Below are positions 47,797 to 56,839 of a stretch of 64,000 nucleotides of DNA, piece after piece. Location: positions 62,001-126,000 of the IMG/VR virus record IMGVR_UViG_3300036770_007539; one strand, given 5' to 3'. The notes under the pieces are model-generated. The model was given only the letters and a program-made list of their open reading frames with translations, did not search any database and was not told where the DNA came from. The first letter of the stretch is position 1. Each line of letters begins with the position of its first letter. A program made the translations under genes and the position numbers.

Positions 47797-50700
47797 ATGT
47801 TTGTAAAAATAGGTGAAGCAATTTCCATTACCGCTGCGGATATTGAAAATTCTGAAAATGTACTTTCAGATCCGGAAATTCAAAATAAATTTGAAAAAAT
47901 TGCAAAAGAATTAAAAATTATTGCCCCTAAAGGAGATGATTTTCTTTATTTTAGTGCAGTAATGATGCATGCAGCTGAACATGCTGCTCTTAATGATGAT
48001 GGTTCTTTTAAAGTAACAGCTTCGGGGGATCCAGTTAAAGTTTGGTGGGAGAAAAAAGGAGAGTCGGTAATTTGGAAAAGCAATGATTCAAATTTGCGAC
48101 CATATAAAAATAACAATTGTTTCATTGCTGGAACTAAAATTTTAATGTCCGATGGTTCCGTTAAGAACATTGAAGATATTCAAGTAGGCGATGAAGTAAT
48201 CACGCATAAAAATAACTTTAAAAAAGTTTTAGAAATTTCTCACAGACCCTATAGTGGAAAATTATTAACTTTAAAAATTAAAAACAATGAAAAAATACAT
48301 TGTACTCCAGAGCATCCATTTTATCATGCAGATTTATCTGGTTATTATACTAAAGGTTTAAAGTCTTTAACAGAAAGAAAAAAGAACAGCTCTTCTTTTA
48401 AGACTGCTTTTAAATTTTCTGAAATTAATAAACTATCAGTAGGAGATCTTCTAACCTCTCCGGTAATTAGACATGAGATTTCTACTGGAACAATTAATCC
48501 TAATCGAGCTAAAATTCTTGGAATCTTTGCAGCTGAAGGATGTTATACTAAAAAATATGACAAAAGACAGGGTATTAGATTTACCATAGGCATACATGAA
48601 GAAAAAACCGCTTCAAGCATTAAAGAAGTATTTGAAGAGGAATTCCCAGAATGTTCTGTCAGAGTTTTACCGGAGCCCGAGCGCTCTGTTATTTCTATCA
48701 CTGCCACCGGAGGAAATATTGCTGAATATTTCTTCTATCACGTAGGAGAAATGTCAGACCAGAAAAAATTAAGTAAAGAACTAGTTTACGCAGATGAAGA
48801 TTCTAAAAAAGCGTTCTTGTCTGGATATATTGATGGTGATGGCTGCCTAACGGATTACAATAAATTAATTATAATTACAACCTCTCCTCACCTAGCCTAC
48901 CAAACAAGAACAATGTTAAATTCAATGAACATTGGGTCTTCATTGCGTAGAAAAAATACGAGTGAAGGAAAAATAAAAATATTACAAAATTATAAAGAAT
49001 ATAATTGCAAAGACCATTATCGAGTAGAGATATACGGTGATGCTTATAAAAAATTAGAACTAGAAAAATATACTAATAAATATAAATTTAAAGATTGCAC
49101 TCATAGAGTTATATCTAACTTTGAAAAAGATCATTGCCTTCATGTTATAACGGGAATAGAAGAAAATGATTTTAATGGAATGGTTTATAATTTTGAAGTT
49201 GAAGATGATCATTCCTACGTTGCAAATGGTATAGTTACTCATAATTGCGACATTTTCCCCGAATCCGAACTTATTGCTGCCCACAAAAGATGGGTAGGCA
49301 AGCCTTTATGTCTTGATCATAAAAGCTCTTCAGTTGATATGATTCGAGGGTTAATCGTAGATACTTATTATGATAGAAAATTAAAAAGAGTTGTTGCACT
49401 TTGCGCATTGGATAAGAAAAATTATCCAGATTTAGCCAGAAAAGTATCAACCGGTTATGCTGCGTCTGTTTCAATGGGAACAGGAGTTGGCAAGGCAATT
49501 TGTTATGATTGTGGCAACGTTGCTAGAACAGAACATGATTTTTGTTCTCACATGAAAAATAAATCATGTTACGGGGAAGTTAATTTGGATCTTAATCCAA
49601 TAGAACTATCCATTGTTGTCAACGGAGCAGATCCAAAAGCAAAAATTAAAACAATTATTGCTGCTGCAAATAGTATAGCAAAATATGTTGAAATGAAAGA
49701 AGATGAACTTTCTAAAGTGGAGCCAGAATTAAAAAATAATCGTTTTAAAGATATGCTCTCATCTTTAGAAAATGTTACAGCGCAATTAAATCAATTAAAA
49801 GAGGAAATTGAAAAGCTGTCAGAAGAAATGCAAGGCGAGGAAGAAACCTCTTCAGAAGATTCAAGTGATAGTTTAGAAAAGGAAGCTTCTGATAAATCAT
49901 CGGAATATGCACTAAAAAGCATTTCCAATAAATTAGATACAATATTTGAAAAAATTAACAAACTTTATAGTTTTAATAAGGATGAACAAATGACTACTAA
50001 GAAACAAGCTTATTTCCAAGGTGGCGGCGGAATGAACGAGCCACAAACATATGCAAAAGAAGATGCGGATACAATTCGTAATACCAAAGATAAACAAATG
50101 GGCGGTCAAATGAATACTGGTCCAGTTGACGGAATGCATCCAGGATATGAATCTTTTGGCGAATCAGAAGAAGCACGCAAACGTAGACTTCAACGCTTAG
50201 CTGAAGAAGAAATGCGTTCAATTCGTCGTCAAGCAGCATTAGAAGTTGCCAAAGAAAATCTTGCCAAAAAGCAAGCATATTTCCAAGGCGGTGGTGGTGC
50301 AAATGAACCACAAACCTATACAAAAGAAGATGCTGATAAAATTCGTAATACTCAAGATAAGCAAATGGTTGGAGCGTCTCCATTTCCCAATACCGGTGAT
50401 GTAGACGGTTTATTTCCAGGCGACCAAGATAAAAAAGAAAAACTTTCTCGTGCAAAACTCACTGCACGTTTCTTAAAAGCAGCTGCAGCTAATGGTAATG
50501 ACGATCTTGCAAATTCACGCTGGGAAGTTTTTGCTGATAAAAAACTCGTTTTCTCAGCTAGCGTTAATGAAATTACTGGTGGTCGCTCAAATGCCCTTTA
50601 TGATTCAGTTGCTAATGAGGGCTTTGGTCGCTCATTAATTGCAAAAATCCGAACTAATGGCTTGGAAAAAGTTGCCACCATGTATAAATCAGCACAAGCA

Positions 50701-52398
50701 GCACCACCTGCCCCAATGGCAGCCCCCGCTCCAATGGCAGCTCCAGCACCTGTTCCAATGCCAGGCGCTGCCCCCGCTGGTGATTTGTTGGATATTCCAA
50801 TGAACCCAGAAGAAGGAGTTGCAGCTGCAAGATCTGATGTGGGCGGTAAAGGGGATCCATCAGAAAATCTTGATGGATTACTTAACAAGGCAGAAGAAGT
50901 TCTTGCAGATATTCGTGAAGGCGTCAAAGCCCTTCAAAATCAAGCAGGCAAGCCTGGTGGAGAAGCTGGTGAATTTGAAGAATTAGCAGGCGCAGAACAA
51001 TCTGGTGCTCTTAGCCCAACAACAGCATCATTGGTTTCCATGCAAAAGAAACTTGGTTCAACAATTCTTGCAGCTATGAAAGAAACTGCTGTTAAATTAT
51101 CCAGTGTTTCTGATGAATTAAGACTTGCAAAACGAGTTCTTGTTAAGAATGCTTCTCGAGAAGTTCGTTCTACCGTTGAAGAAAGCAAAGCTGCTACAAG
51201 AGAAATTCTTGCTGATTGCTATACTCTTATGAGCGCATTTAGCAAATATGCATCATCTACAGAAATGCTTGCAAAACAAGCCGCTCAAGAGGTTACTATG
51301 GTTAAAATGGCACAAACTAAAAAAGAAACACCAGAAGAAGAAAAGAAACGAAAAGCACGAGAAGCTGCTGCTCGTGAAGTTGCCGGAAAACATCCAATGT
51401 TTAAAACTTTTAAAACAGATGATTCTCACAGTGTTAGCGATTGGGATCATGTAAGCGATGCCTGGGACGTTGATGATTCAGGTTCAAGCGATGATTTGGG
51501 CATGGGCGATGATTTGATGCATGCTCTTGACATGGGCGATGTAGATCATGACTCTATGTTAATAGACGATAATGATGCTGACGTGGAAATGGCAATTGGT
51601 CCTAATGCTAAAGTTAAAGGAGATAGCAATTCTATTGCAGAGCTTGCTAAAAATCTTAAGACTTCCGAAGATCTTTCTACCAAAGAAGGTCGCGCCGCTT
51701 ATCGTGCAAAACAAGCTGCCAAAGCAATGCAATACAGCAGCATGCTTGACGAAGCCCATGGCAAAGCAGGACCAGTTCTTTCTGGAATGAAAGGCGATGG
51801 AGCTAAAGTTGAAACTCTTCAAGAAATTCAAGAAGATATGTTGGGAGTTGCAACCAAAGAAGTGTCATCTAAAGATGTTTCTCCAAAGACCAAAAAAGCA
51901 GCAGACGACATTCAAAAACTTGTCATTGCAGGTCGCATAAATGCATCTGAAGTTGATCAGCTTGTTAAAGCAGGGTTGGATAAAGAAGCTGTTAAATACT
52001 GGAAAGATTTCTACGGTCAATCCAAAGATAAAGCCAGCAAAGAATTTGCAGCAGATCTCACTTCAGAACATGCTCAAGCTAAAAAAGCAGAGAGCATGGA
52101 TGGCTTCCGTGTTAAAATTGCACGCGCCTATGACCTTGCCAACGAAATGGCAATGAAAGGTCTTATCGGTCGTGACAAGCATGCTATCAAAGAACAAGTT
52201 GATGAACTTATGAGCTTCAATGATGCAGGCTTTGAATCCATGAAGAAACACGTTGAACGCACACCAATGACCCGTACCGCCTCTTATGTAATGCCTCAAG
52301 TTGGCTTAATGAGCGAAGAGCTTATTGCCACAGCATCTGCAGAATCAGGTGATCTTGTCAATGAATTTGCAGCAGCTTTTGCTAATCGCAAATACTGA
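47797..52398 (+). CDS. prohead maturation protease (intein-containing) fused to a scaffold-like C-terminal region
   Basis: After intein removal: NNNCDIFP..EL, PLCLDH (His), SVSMG (Ser), ELSIVVNGAD; then long helical and low-complexity region. Confidence 0.8.
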   Translation: MFVKIGEAISITAADIENSENVLSDPEIQNKFEKIAKELKIIAPKGDDFLYFSAVMMHAAEHAALNDDGSFKVTASGDPVKVWWEKKGESVIWKSNDSNLRPYKNNNCFIAGTKILMSDGSVKNIEDIQVGDEVITHKNNFKKVLEISHRPYSGKLLTLKIKNNEKIHCTPEHPFYHADLSGYYTKGLKSLTERKKNSSSFKTAFKFSEINKLSVGDLLTSPVIRHEISTGTINPNRAKILGIFAAEGCYTKKYDKRQGIRFTIGIHEEKTASSIKEVFEEEFPECSVRVLPEPERSVISITATGGNIAEYFFYHVGEMSDQKKLSKELVYADEDSKKAFLSGYIDGDGCLTDYNKLIIITTSPHLAYQTRTMLNSMNIGSSLRRKNTSEGKIKILQNYKEYNCKDHYRVEIYGDAYKKLELEKYTNKYKFKDCTHRVISNFEKDHCLHVITGIEENDFNGMVYNFEVEDDHSYVANGIVTHNCDIFPESELIAAHKRWVGKPLCLDHKSSSVDMIRGLIVDTYYDRKLKRVVALCALDKKNYPDLARKVSTGYAASVSMGTGVGKAICYDCGNVARTEHDFCSHMKNKSCYGEVNLDLNPIELSIVVNGADPKAKIKTIIAAANSIAKYVEMKEDELSKVEPELKNNRFKDMLSSLENVTAQLNQLKEEIEKLSEEMQGEEETSSEDSSDSLEKEASDKSSEYALKSISNKLDTIFEKINKLYSFNKDEQMTTKKQAYFQGGGGMNEPQTYAKEDADTIRNTKDKQMGGQMNTGPVDGMHPGYESFGESEEARKRRLQRLAEEEMRSIRRQAALEVAKENLAKKQAYFQGGGGANEPQTYTKEDADKIRNTQDKQMVGASPFPNTGDVDGLFPGDQDKKEKLSRAKLTARFLKAAAANGNDDLANSRWEVFADKKLVFSASVNEITGGRSNALYDSVANEGFGRSLIAKIRTNGLEKVATMYKSAQAAPPAPMAAPAPMAAPAPVPMPGAAPAGDLLDIPMNPEEGVAAARSDVGGKGDPSENLDGLLNKAEEVLADIREGVKALQNQAGKPGGEAGEFEELAGAEQSGALSPTTASLVSMQKKLGSTILAAMKETAVKLSSVSDELRLAKRVLVKNASREVRSTVEESKAATREILADCYTLMSAFSKYASSTEMLAKQAAQEVTMVKMAQTKKETPEEEKKRKAREAAAREVAGKHPMFKTFKTDDSHSVSDWDHVSDAWDVDDSGSSDDLGMGDDLMHALDMGDVDHDSMLIDDNDADVEMAIGPNAKVKGDSNSIAELAKNLKTSEDLSTKEGRAAYRAKQAAKAMQYSSMLDEAHGKAGPVLSGMKGDGAKVETLQEIQEDMLGVATKEVSSKDVSPKTKKAADDIQKLVIAGRINASEVDQLVKAGLDKEAVKYWKDFYGQSKDKASKEFAADLTSEHAQAKKAESMDGFRVKIARAYDLANEMAMKGLIGRDKHAIKEQVDELMSFNDAGFESMKKHVERTPMTRTASYVMPQVGLMSEELIATASAESGDLVNEFAAAFANRKY
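48118..49245 (+). mobile_element. intein with LAGLIDADG homing endonuclease (376 aa)
   Basis: CFIAGTKILMSDG N-terminus, CTPEHPF block B, ILGIFAAEG and FLSGYIDGDG, VYNFEVEDDHSYVANGIVTHN followed by Cys +1. Confidence 0.95.
49999..50420 (+). repeat. two copies of KKQAYFQGGGG.NEPQTY.KEDAD.IRNT.DKQM...NTG.VDG
   Basis: Copies start at 49999 and 50266. Confidence 0.9.
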
Positions 52399-52414
52399 TA
52401 ACAAATATTATTAA

Positions 52415-52462
52415 AATAAGGGCAAACTCTAACATAAGTATAGAGTTTGCCTTTATTATTTT
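52415..52462 (+). terminator. hairpin terminator after the protease/scaffold gene
   Basis: GGCAAACTCTA-acataagta-TAGAGTTTGCC followed by TTTATTATTTT. Confidence 0.75.
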
Positions 52463-52475
52463 AAGGAACAAAAAA

Positions 52476-52748
52476 ATGAAATTGCAATTTAATATCGCCT
52501 CTGAAATGAATGAAATTTTACAAAGTTCACTTGTAAAAAGCGCATCTGTTGTTGAGCAAAAAACAAGTAAAAATTATGATGAAATTTCATCTCATATTAT
52601 AAATTTATCAGAGATGGCTATAGAGTTAGACAATCGAGGAATGAATAAAACGGCTTCTTCTTTAAGAAAGACAGCTCGAATGTTTCTTGATTCTGTTGAA
52701 ATTAATAGCCAAGCATATAAAATTGCAGAACTTTACGGACTAGTTTGA
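52476..52748 (+). CDS. small head-block protein carrying the shared helical module
   Basis: VKSAS; LSEMAIELDNRGMNKTASSL. Confidence 0.7.
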   Translation: MKLQFNIASEMNEILQSSLVKSASVVEQKTSKNYDEISSHIINLSEMAIELDNRGMNKTASSLRKTARMFLDSVEINSQAYKIAELYGLV

Positions 52749-52757
52749 AGGACAGAC

Positions 52758-55700
52758 ATGATAAAATCAAATAATTCTATTGCTTTAGATATGGACAGTT
52801 TAATTCAAAAAAAATTAGAATTAAATAAAACTGCTAAAAAAAATAAAGTTAAATGTTGCAGCAAATGTGGAGAATCTTGTAAATGCGACAAAGATTGTCC
52901 TTGCAATTCTAGCTGTTCTTCTGATTGCTCTAACTGTTATGACATGAGTAAAAAGTCATATCAAGAAATATTTAATTTTATTTTAAAAACATCTGAAAAA
53001 GTTGATAATTTAGGATTTGATAAAATTGCAACTGAGCTTTTAAAAGCATCTTCTAATTTGGATTCTGAGCTACAAGAAAAAAATAAAGATTTAAATTTTG
53101 CAAGAACTAGAAGACCTAAAGCGACTGAGGATGCTAAAAAAACTGAAAAAGCGGCTAAGAAAGCTGAAGAGGAGGCTAAGAAAGCTGAAGAGGAGGCTAA
53201 AAAAGCTGCTGAAGAAGCCGCCCGAGCCGCCGATGCCGCTGCAGAAGAAGCCGCTAAAGAAGCCAGAAGAGCTTCCGAAGAAGCTAATGCCAGAAGGAGA
53301 AGATTAATGTCTGGAATTGCTGAAATTCCCTCTCAGACAGAGAAAAAAACCGAGCCAGCTTCTCCTGAAGTGGTCGTTACAAAAATACCATATTCTGGAC
53401 CAGCAGTCGGAGCAAAAAAATCAAAACCCAGAAAAACCTCCGATAAACCTTCCAATGTACAACGAACAACAGATCCTAGCACTGGAGAAACTGTAGTCAC
53501 GGTTCCGTCTATTTCTAAGCAGCCTAGCGCTGTTAGAACTCCCAAGAATAAAAGCAAGAGCCTGCAGGAGAAACCTAAAGAGAACAAGAGAACTAAAGAA
53601 GACTTAGAGCTAGAGAGAAGAACTCTAGAAGATTTTGAAGGTTTTGAAGGAGAAAGAGAATACGACGAGTCAATAGAATTATTTAAAAAGAAACCCATAC
53701 TTGAGGGCATGACTTTTCGAGATTTGGAAAGCCGAGAATCTCTTGAAGACATCATTGATGATAATGGAAAGCGTAAAGGCGAAGGCAAACGTAAACCCAA
53801 ATCATCTGAAGAATATAAAGAAGCACTCGAACTACAGATGATGGGGGATGTTGAATTAAAAAGAATAAATAGAAAAATTGAAAATCTCAGATCTGCAACA
53901 GGTATTGATCCAAAAGAAAAAAAAGAACAATTAGAAGAATTAGAAAAATTAAAAAATTCTACAATAGAAAAAAAGAAAAAAGAAATAGAAGAAAAAATTG
54001 AAAAATATAAAAAAGAACAATCTAAAGAAGAACCTAAAAAAGAAGCTCCTCTTGCGTCCACTACCAGATCTAGATCTCAAGAAAATTGGAGATACATATC
54101 GCCTCAAGAGTATAAGAATAAACTCATTACAGAGTTAATGGAAGGATTGTTAAAGAAAAAAAATAAAATAAGAGAACTTAAATCAAAAATACGTCTAGCC
54201 CCTGAAGGGACGAATAACACTGAAGAGAAAAAACAATTAGAAGAATTAGAAAAATCATATGAAAATGATGTAGAAAATGGTCAAAAAGAAATAAATGAAA
54301 AAGTTGAAAAATATATAAAATTTTTTAAAAGACAACTTGAAAAGAGGGAGGAGGCTGCAAAATCTAAAGTCAACCACCTCATAAGCCCTATAATAGAGGG
54401 AATTCAAAGACTTTCAAGAGAAAATCTTGACGAAGGTATTGTAGAGATTAATAAAGAATTAGCTAAGGCTGGAGGGAGTTCCAGTGTTGGCTCTATGGTT
54501 CAATCAATAAATAATTTATTAAATTATGAACATAATTTAAGACGTGAAAGAGAAATTTCTAAAAGAATTAACAGAATACTTGCTATTGAAAAAGCAGAAC
54601 TTATTCATTTAGAAAATCAGTTTGATTTATTTGAAAAAGAACAAGGCTCTAAAATAAAACAATTAAAAAAAGATAAAAGCATATCTAACAAAGATAAAAA
54701 AAATAAAAGAGAACAACTAATGGCAGAAGCAGATGCTGAGAGGGCTTTCTTAAGCGATAAACAAAAAGAATTTAACGAAATGTTTCAAATGCTAAGAAAA
54801 GAGCTTTTAAAGCTCCCAGTAGAAGAATTGCATCCTGGGCAACAACCCACCATACCAAATTCAATATCTTATCAAAAAGCATATAATATGTTTAAAAAAG
54901 ATTATGGACATTGGTGGTCTTATGAAAAATTTAAAGAAAGATTAAATTCTTACTTTTCAAATTTATCATACGATGATATAAAAGAATTTTATGAATCTAT
55001 TGTAATAAATAAAGAATTTCCATTATCAAAACAAACTGAATTTATTAATTATTTAAAACCAGCCGCTAGCGCGCCAACTCTTCCCAGCGAATTGGTTCCT
55101 TCATTGGAGTTGGATAGAACTTTAACGGACACAGAGGCAATGAGAGAGATGGAAAGCATGCGAGCTGCAAAATTAAGAGCAAAACTTCTTAAAATAGAAA
55201 ATCCAACAGAAGAAGAAAAAGCTGAAGCAGAAAGATTGTCAAAAGTTATAATGGGCAATAAACAAAGACAATTAGCAGAAGATCTCAAAAAGCAAAAAGA
55301 AGAAGCGGTAGTTGGTGATAGACAAGCTCTTTTAAATAAATATATTTTAGATAAAAGAGATTCGATGATTGAAGAAAAAATAATAAACTTTGTGCCAAAA
55401 CTAATACGTGCCTTTGAACAAAAATATTTTCCTGTCACCATCGAACAAGAGGAACAAATAATAGAATTCTTGTCTATAAAAGTAGACCGAAGCTCACAAG
55501 AAGTTATCAGCGCTGTTTTTAATGACGAAATAACCGATGAATTGCTTCGACTTGTATATATTAAATTAACGAATGAATATCCTGTAGAAGATAAAAAAAC
55601 TGATTATAAAAAAATATTAAAAGAATACTTATTTGAAAATAAAGAAATTTTATCTTATTTTAGAAGATTAAAATCTAAATACAGTTTAAGCGAAGTACAA

Positions 55701-56627
55701 ATTATAAATAACGTAGTTGAAAGCCTTACAGACGAAGAAGTGAAGTTGTCTCTGGTTGATGTAAAGTTAGATGTAGACATAGCAAGAAAAAAGTGGAGAA
55801 AATTATTCATTTTAAGAACTCCTATACCTTTATTTTTAAAGTCAAAAATCGATGAAGAAGTTAAAAGAAATCTAAGCCAGCCAGCTCAATACATACCAGA
55901 TACAGCTCGCCTTTCTTTAACAAAATTTGAAAAGAAAACTCATACACAATTAAAAGATGCTATTAAAAAGTCAAATCTAGTAAGATCTCTCATAGCTCAA
56001 TTAAGTCAAGGCAAGATGATAGATAGTAATAGAATAATTGATGATGTCTTTAATGCAGCTAGCGAAACAGAAATTGAAGAGCTTTTTGACACCGTAGAAG
56101 AGGGCTTTTTAAGCATTCCTGCCTGGCTAGAAGAAGCGATCACAGACAAAATCAACGCAGAGCTTATTGAAGTTGATTATAGAGCACAAGAAGCTGCCAA
56201 AACAAAAGAGTATAAAGAAGCTTTGAAACAGTCAATATTAAATTCAGAAAAGGTTGAAAATTTCTTTAATAATTTAAAATCAACAAGATACAATATAGAA
56301 ATTAATGAAGTTTCTAAAGTTAATATTGTTAATGCAGTGGTTGAAAATATGAGCAAATTTTTATTAGATGATCTTTCAAAACATTTAAACTTACAAGAAT
56401 ATGTATTAAATGTAATTCCATTCTATTTAATGAGGGCATTAGCAGAGGAAGCAGCGAATCATTTTAGGATAGATAAAAAAATAATAAATCAAGAATTTAC
56501 ATTTTTATTTAATAGAAATATTAATAAATTGCCTGAAGTTAACAAAACCTCATCTAGTTTCGATAAAATGCTTCGATCATTAGAGGAAAAAATCAATAAT
56601 TTGTATGCATTTGCCATGGTTAAATAA
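52758..56627 (+). CDS. 1289-aa charged coiled-coil virion/internal protein with an N-terminal Cys cluster
   Basis: CCSKCGESCKCDKDCPCNSSCSSDCSNC; AKKAEEE repeats; shared helical module. Confidence 0.75.
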   Translation: MIKSNNSIALDMDSLIQKKLELNKTAKKNKVKCCSKCGESCKCDKDCPCNSSCSSDCSNCYDMSKKSYQEIFNFILKTSEKVDNLGFDKIATELLKASSNLDSELQEKNKDLNFARTRRPKATEDAKKTEKAAKKAEEEAKKAEEEAKKAAEEAARAADAAAEEAAKEARRASEEANARRRRLMSGIAEIPSQTEKKTEPASPEVVVTKIPYSGPAVGAKKSKPRKTSDKPSNVQRTTDPSTGETVVTVPSISKQPSAVRTPKNKSKSLQEKPKENKRTKEDLELERRTLEDFEGFEGEREYDESIELFKKKPILEGMTFRDLESRESLEDIIDDNGKRKGEGKRKPKSSEEYKEALELQMMGDVELKRINRKIENLRSATGIDPKEKKEQLEELEKLKNSTIEKKKKEIEEKIEKYKKEQSKEEPKKEAPLASTTRSRSQENWRYISPQEYKNKLITELMEGLLKKKNKIRELKSKIRLAPEGTNNTEEKKQLEELEKSYENDVENGQKEINEKVEKYIKFFKRQLEKREEAAKSKVNHLISPIIEGIQRLSRENLDEGIVEINKELAKAGGSSSVGSMVQSINNLLNYEHNLRREREISKRINRILAIEKAELIHLENQFDLFEKEQGSKIKQLKKDKSISNKDKKNKREQLMAEADAERAFLSDKQKEFNEMFQMLRKELLKLPVEELHPGQQPTIPNSISYQKAYNMFKKDYGHWWSYEKFKERLNSYFSNLSYDDIKEFYESIVINKEFPLSKQTEFINYLKPAASAPTLPSELVPSLELDRTLTDTEAMREMESMRAAKLRAKLLKIENPTEEEKAEAERLSKVIMGNKQRQLAEDLKKQKEEAVVGDRQALLNKYILDKRDSMIEEKIINFVPKLIRAFEQKYFPVTIEQEEQIIEFLSIKVDRSSQEVISAVFNDEITDELLRLVYIKLTNEYPVEDKKTDYKKILKEYLFENKEILSYFRRLKSKYSLSEVQIINNVVESLTDEEVKLSLVDVKLDVDIARKKWRKLFILRTPIPLFLKSKIDEEVKRNLSQPAQYIPDTARLSLTKFEKKTHTQLKDAIKKSNLVRSLIAQLSQGKMIDSNRIIDDVFNAASETEIEELFDTVEEGFLSIPAWLEEAITDKINAELIEVDYRAQEAAKTKEYKEALKQSILNSEKVENFFNNLKSTRYNIEINEVSKVNIVNAVVENMSKFLLDDLSKHLNLQEYVLNVIPFYLMRALAEEAANHFRIDKKIINQEFTFLFNRNINKLPEVNKTSSSFDKMLRSLEEKINNLYAFAMVK

Positions 56628-56640
56628 TTAGGAATAAATT

Positions 56641-56838
56641 ATGAAAAAAATAGATGTAGCTCAAGAGATGACAGATCGTTTAAACGCAGAAAGTGAATTA
56701 AATTCTGATAAATTTAAATTGCAAATTGCTTTAGAGTGTTTAAATAAAGCTGCTATATGTTTTGACATGGCAGATAAAGAAAAATACTCTGAAAAAATTA
56801 CAAAAATAATGGAAAAATTATCTAAAGTAGAGGAATGA
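56641..56838 (+). CDS. small protein consisting mostly of the shared helical module
   Basis: LNKAAICFDMADKEKYSEKITKIM; AGGA RBS. Confidence 0.65.
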   Translation: MKKIDVAQEMTDRLNAESELNSDKFKLQIALECLNKAAICFDMADKEKYSEKITKIMEKLSKVEE

Positions 56839-56839
56839 C

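Noticed and set aside
47797-52398. Calling the C-terminal part a major capsid protein
   Set aside because: The sequence is helical and low-complexity with no HK97-fold hallmarks; a scaffold is more consistent. The capsid gene is probably outside this window.
53150-53290. AKKAEEE and poly-ED tandem repeats as a repeat array
   Set aside because: They are in-frame coding microsatellites without spacers.
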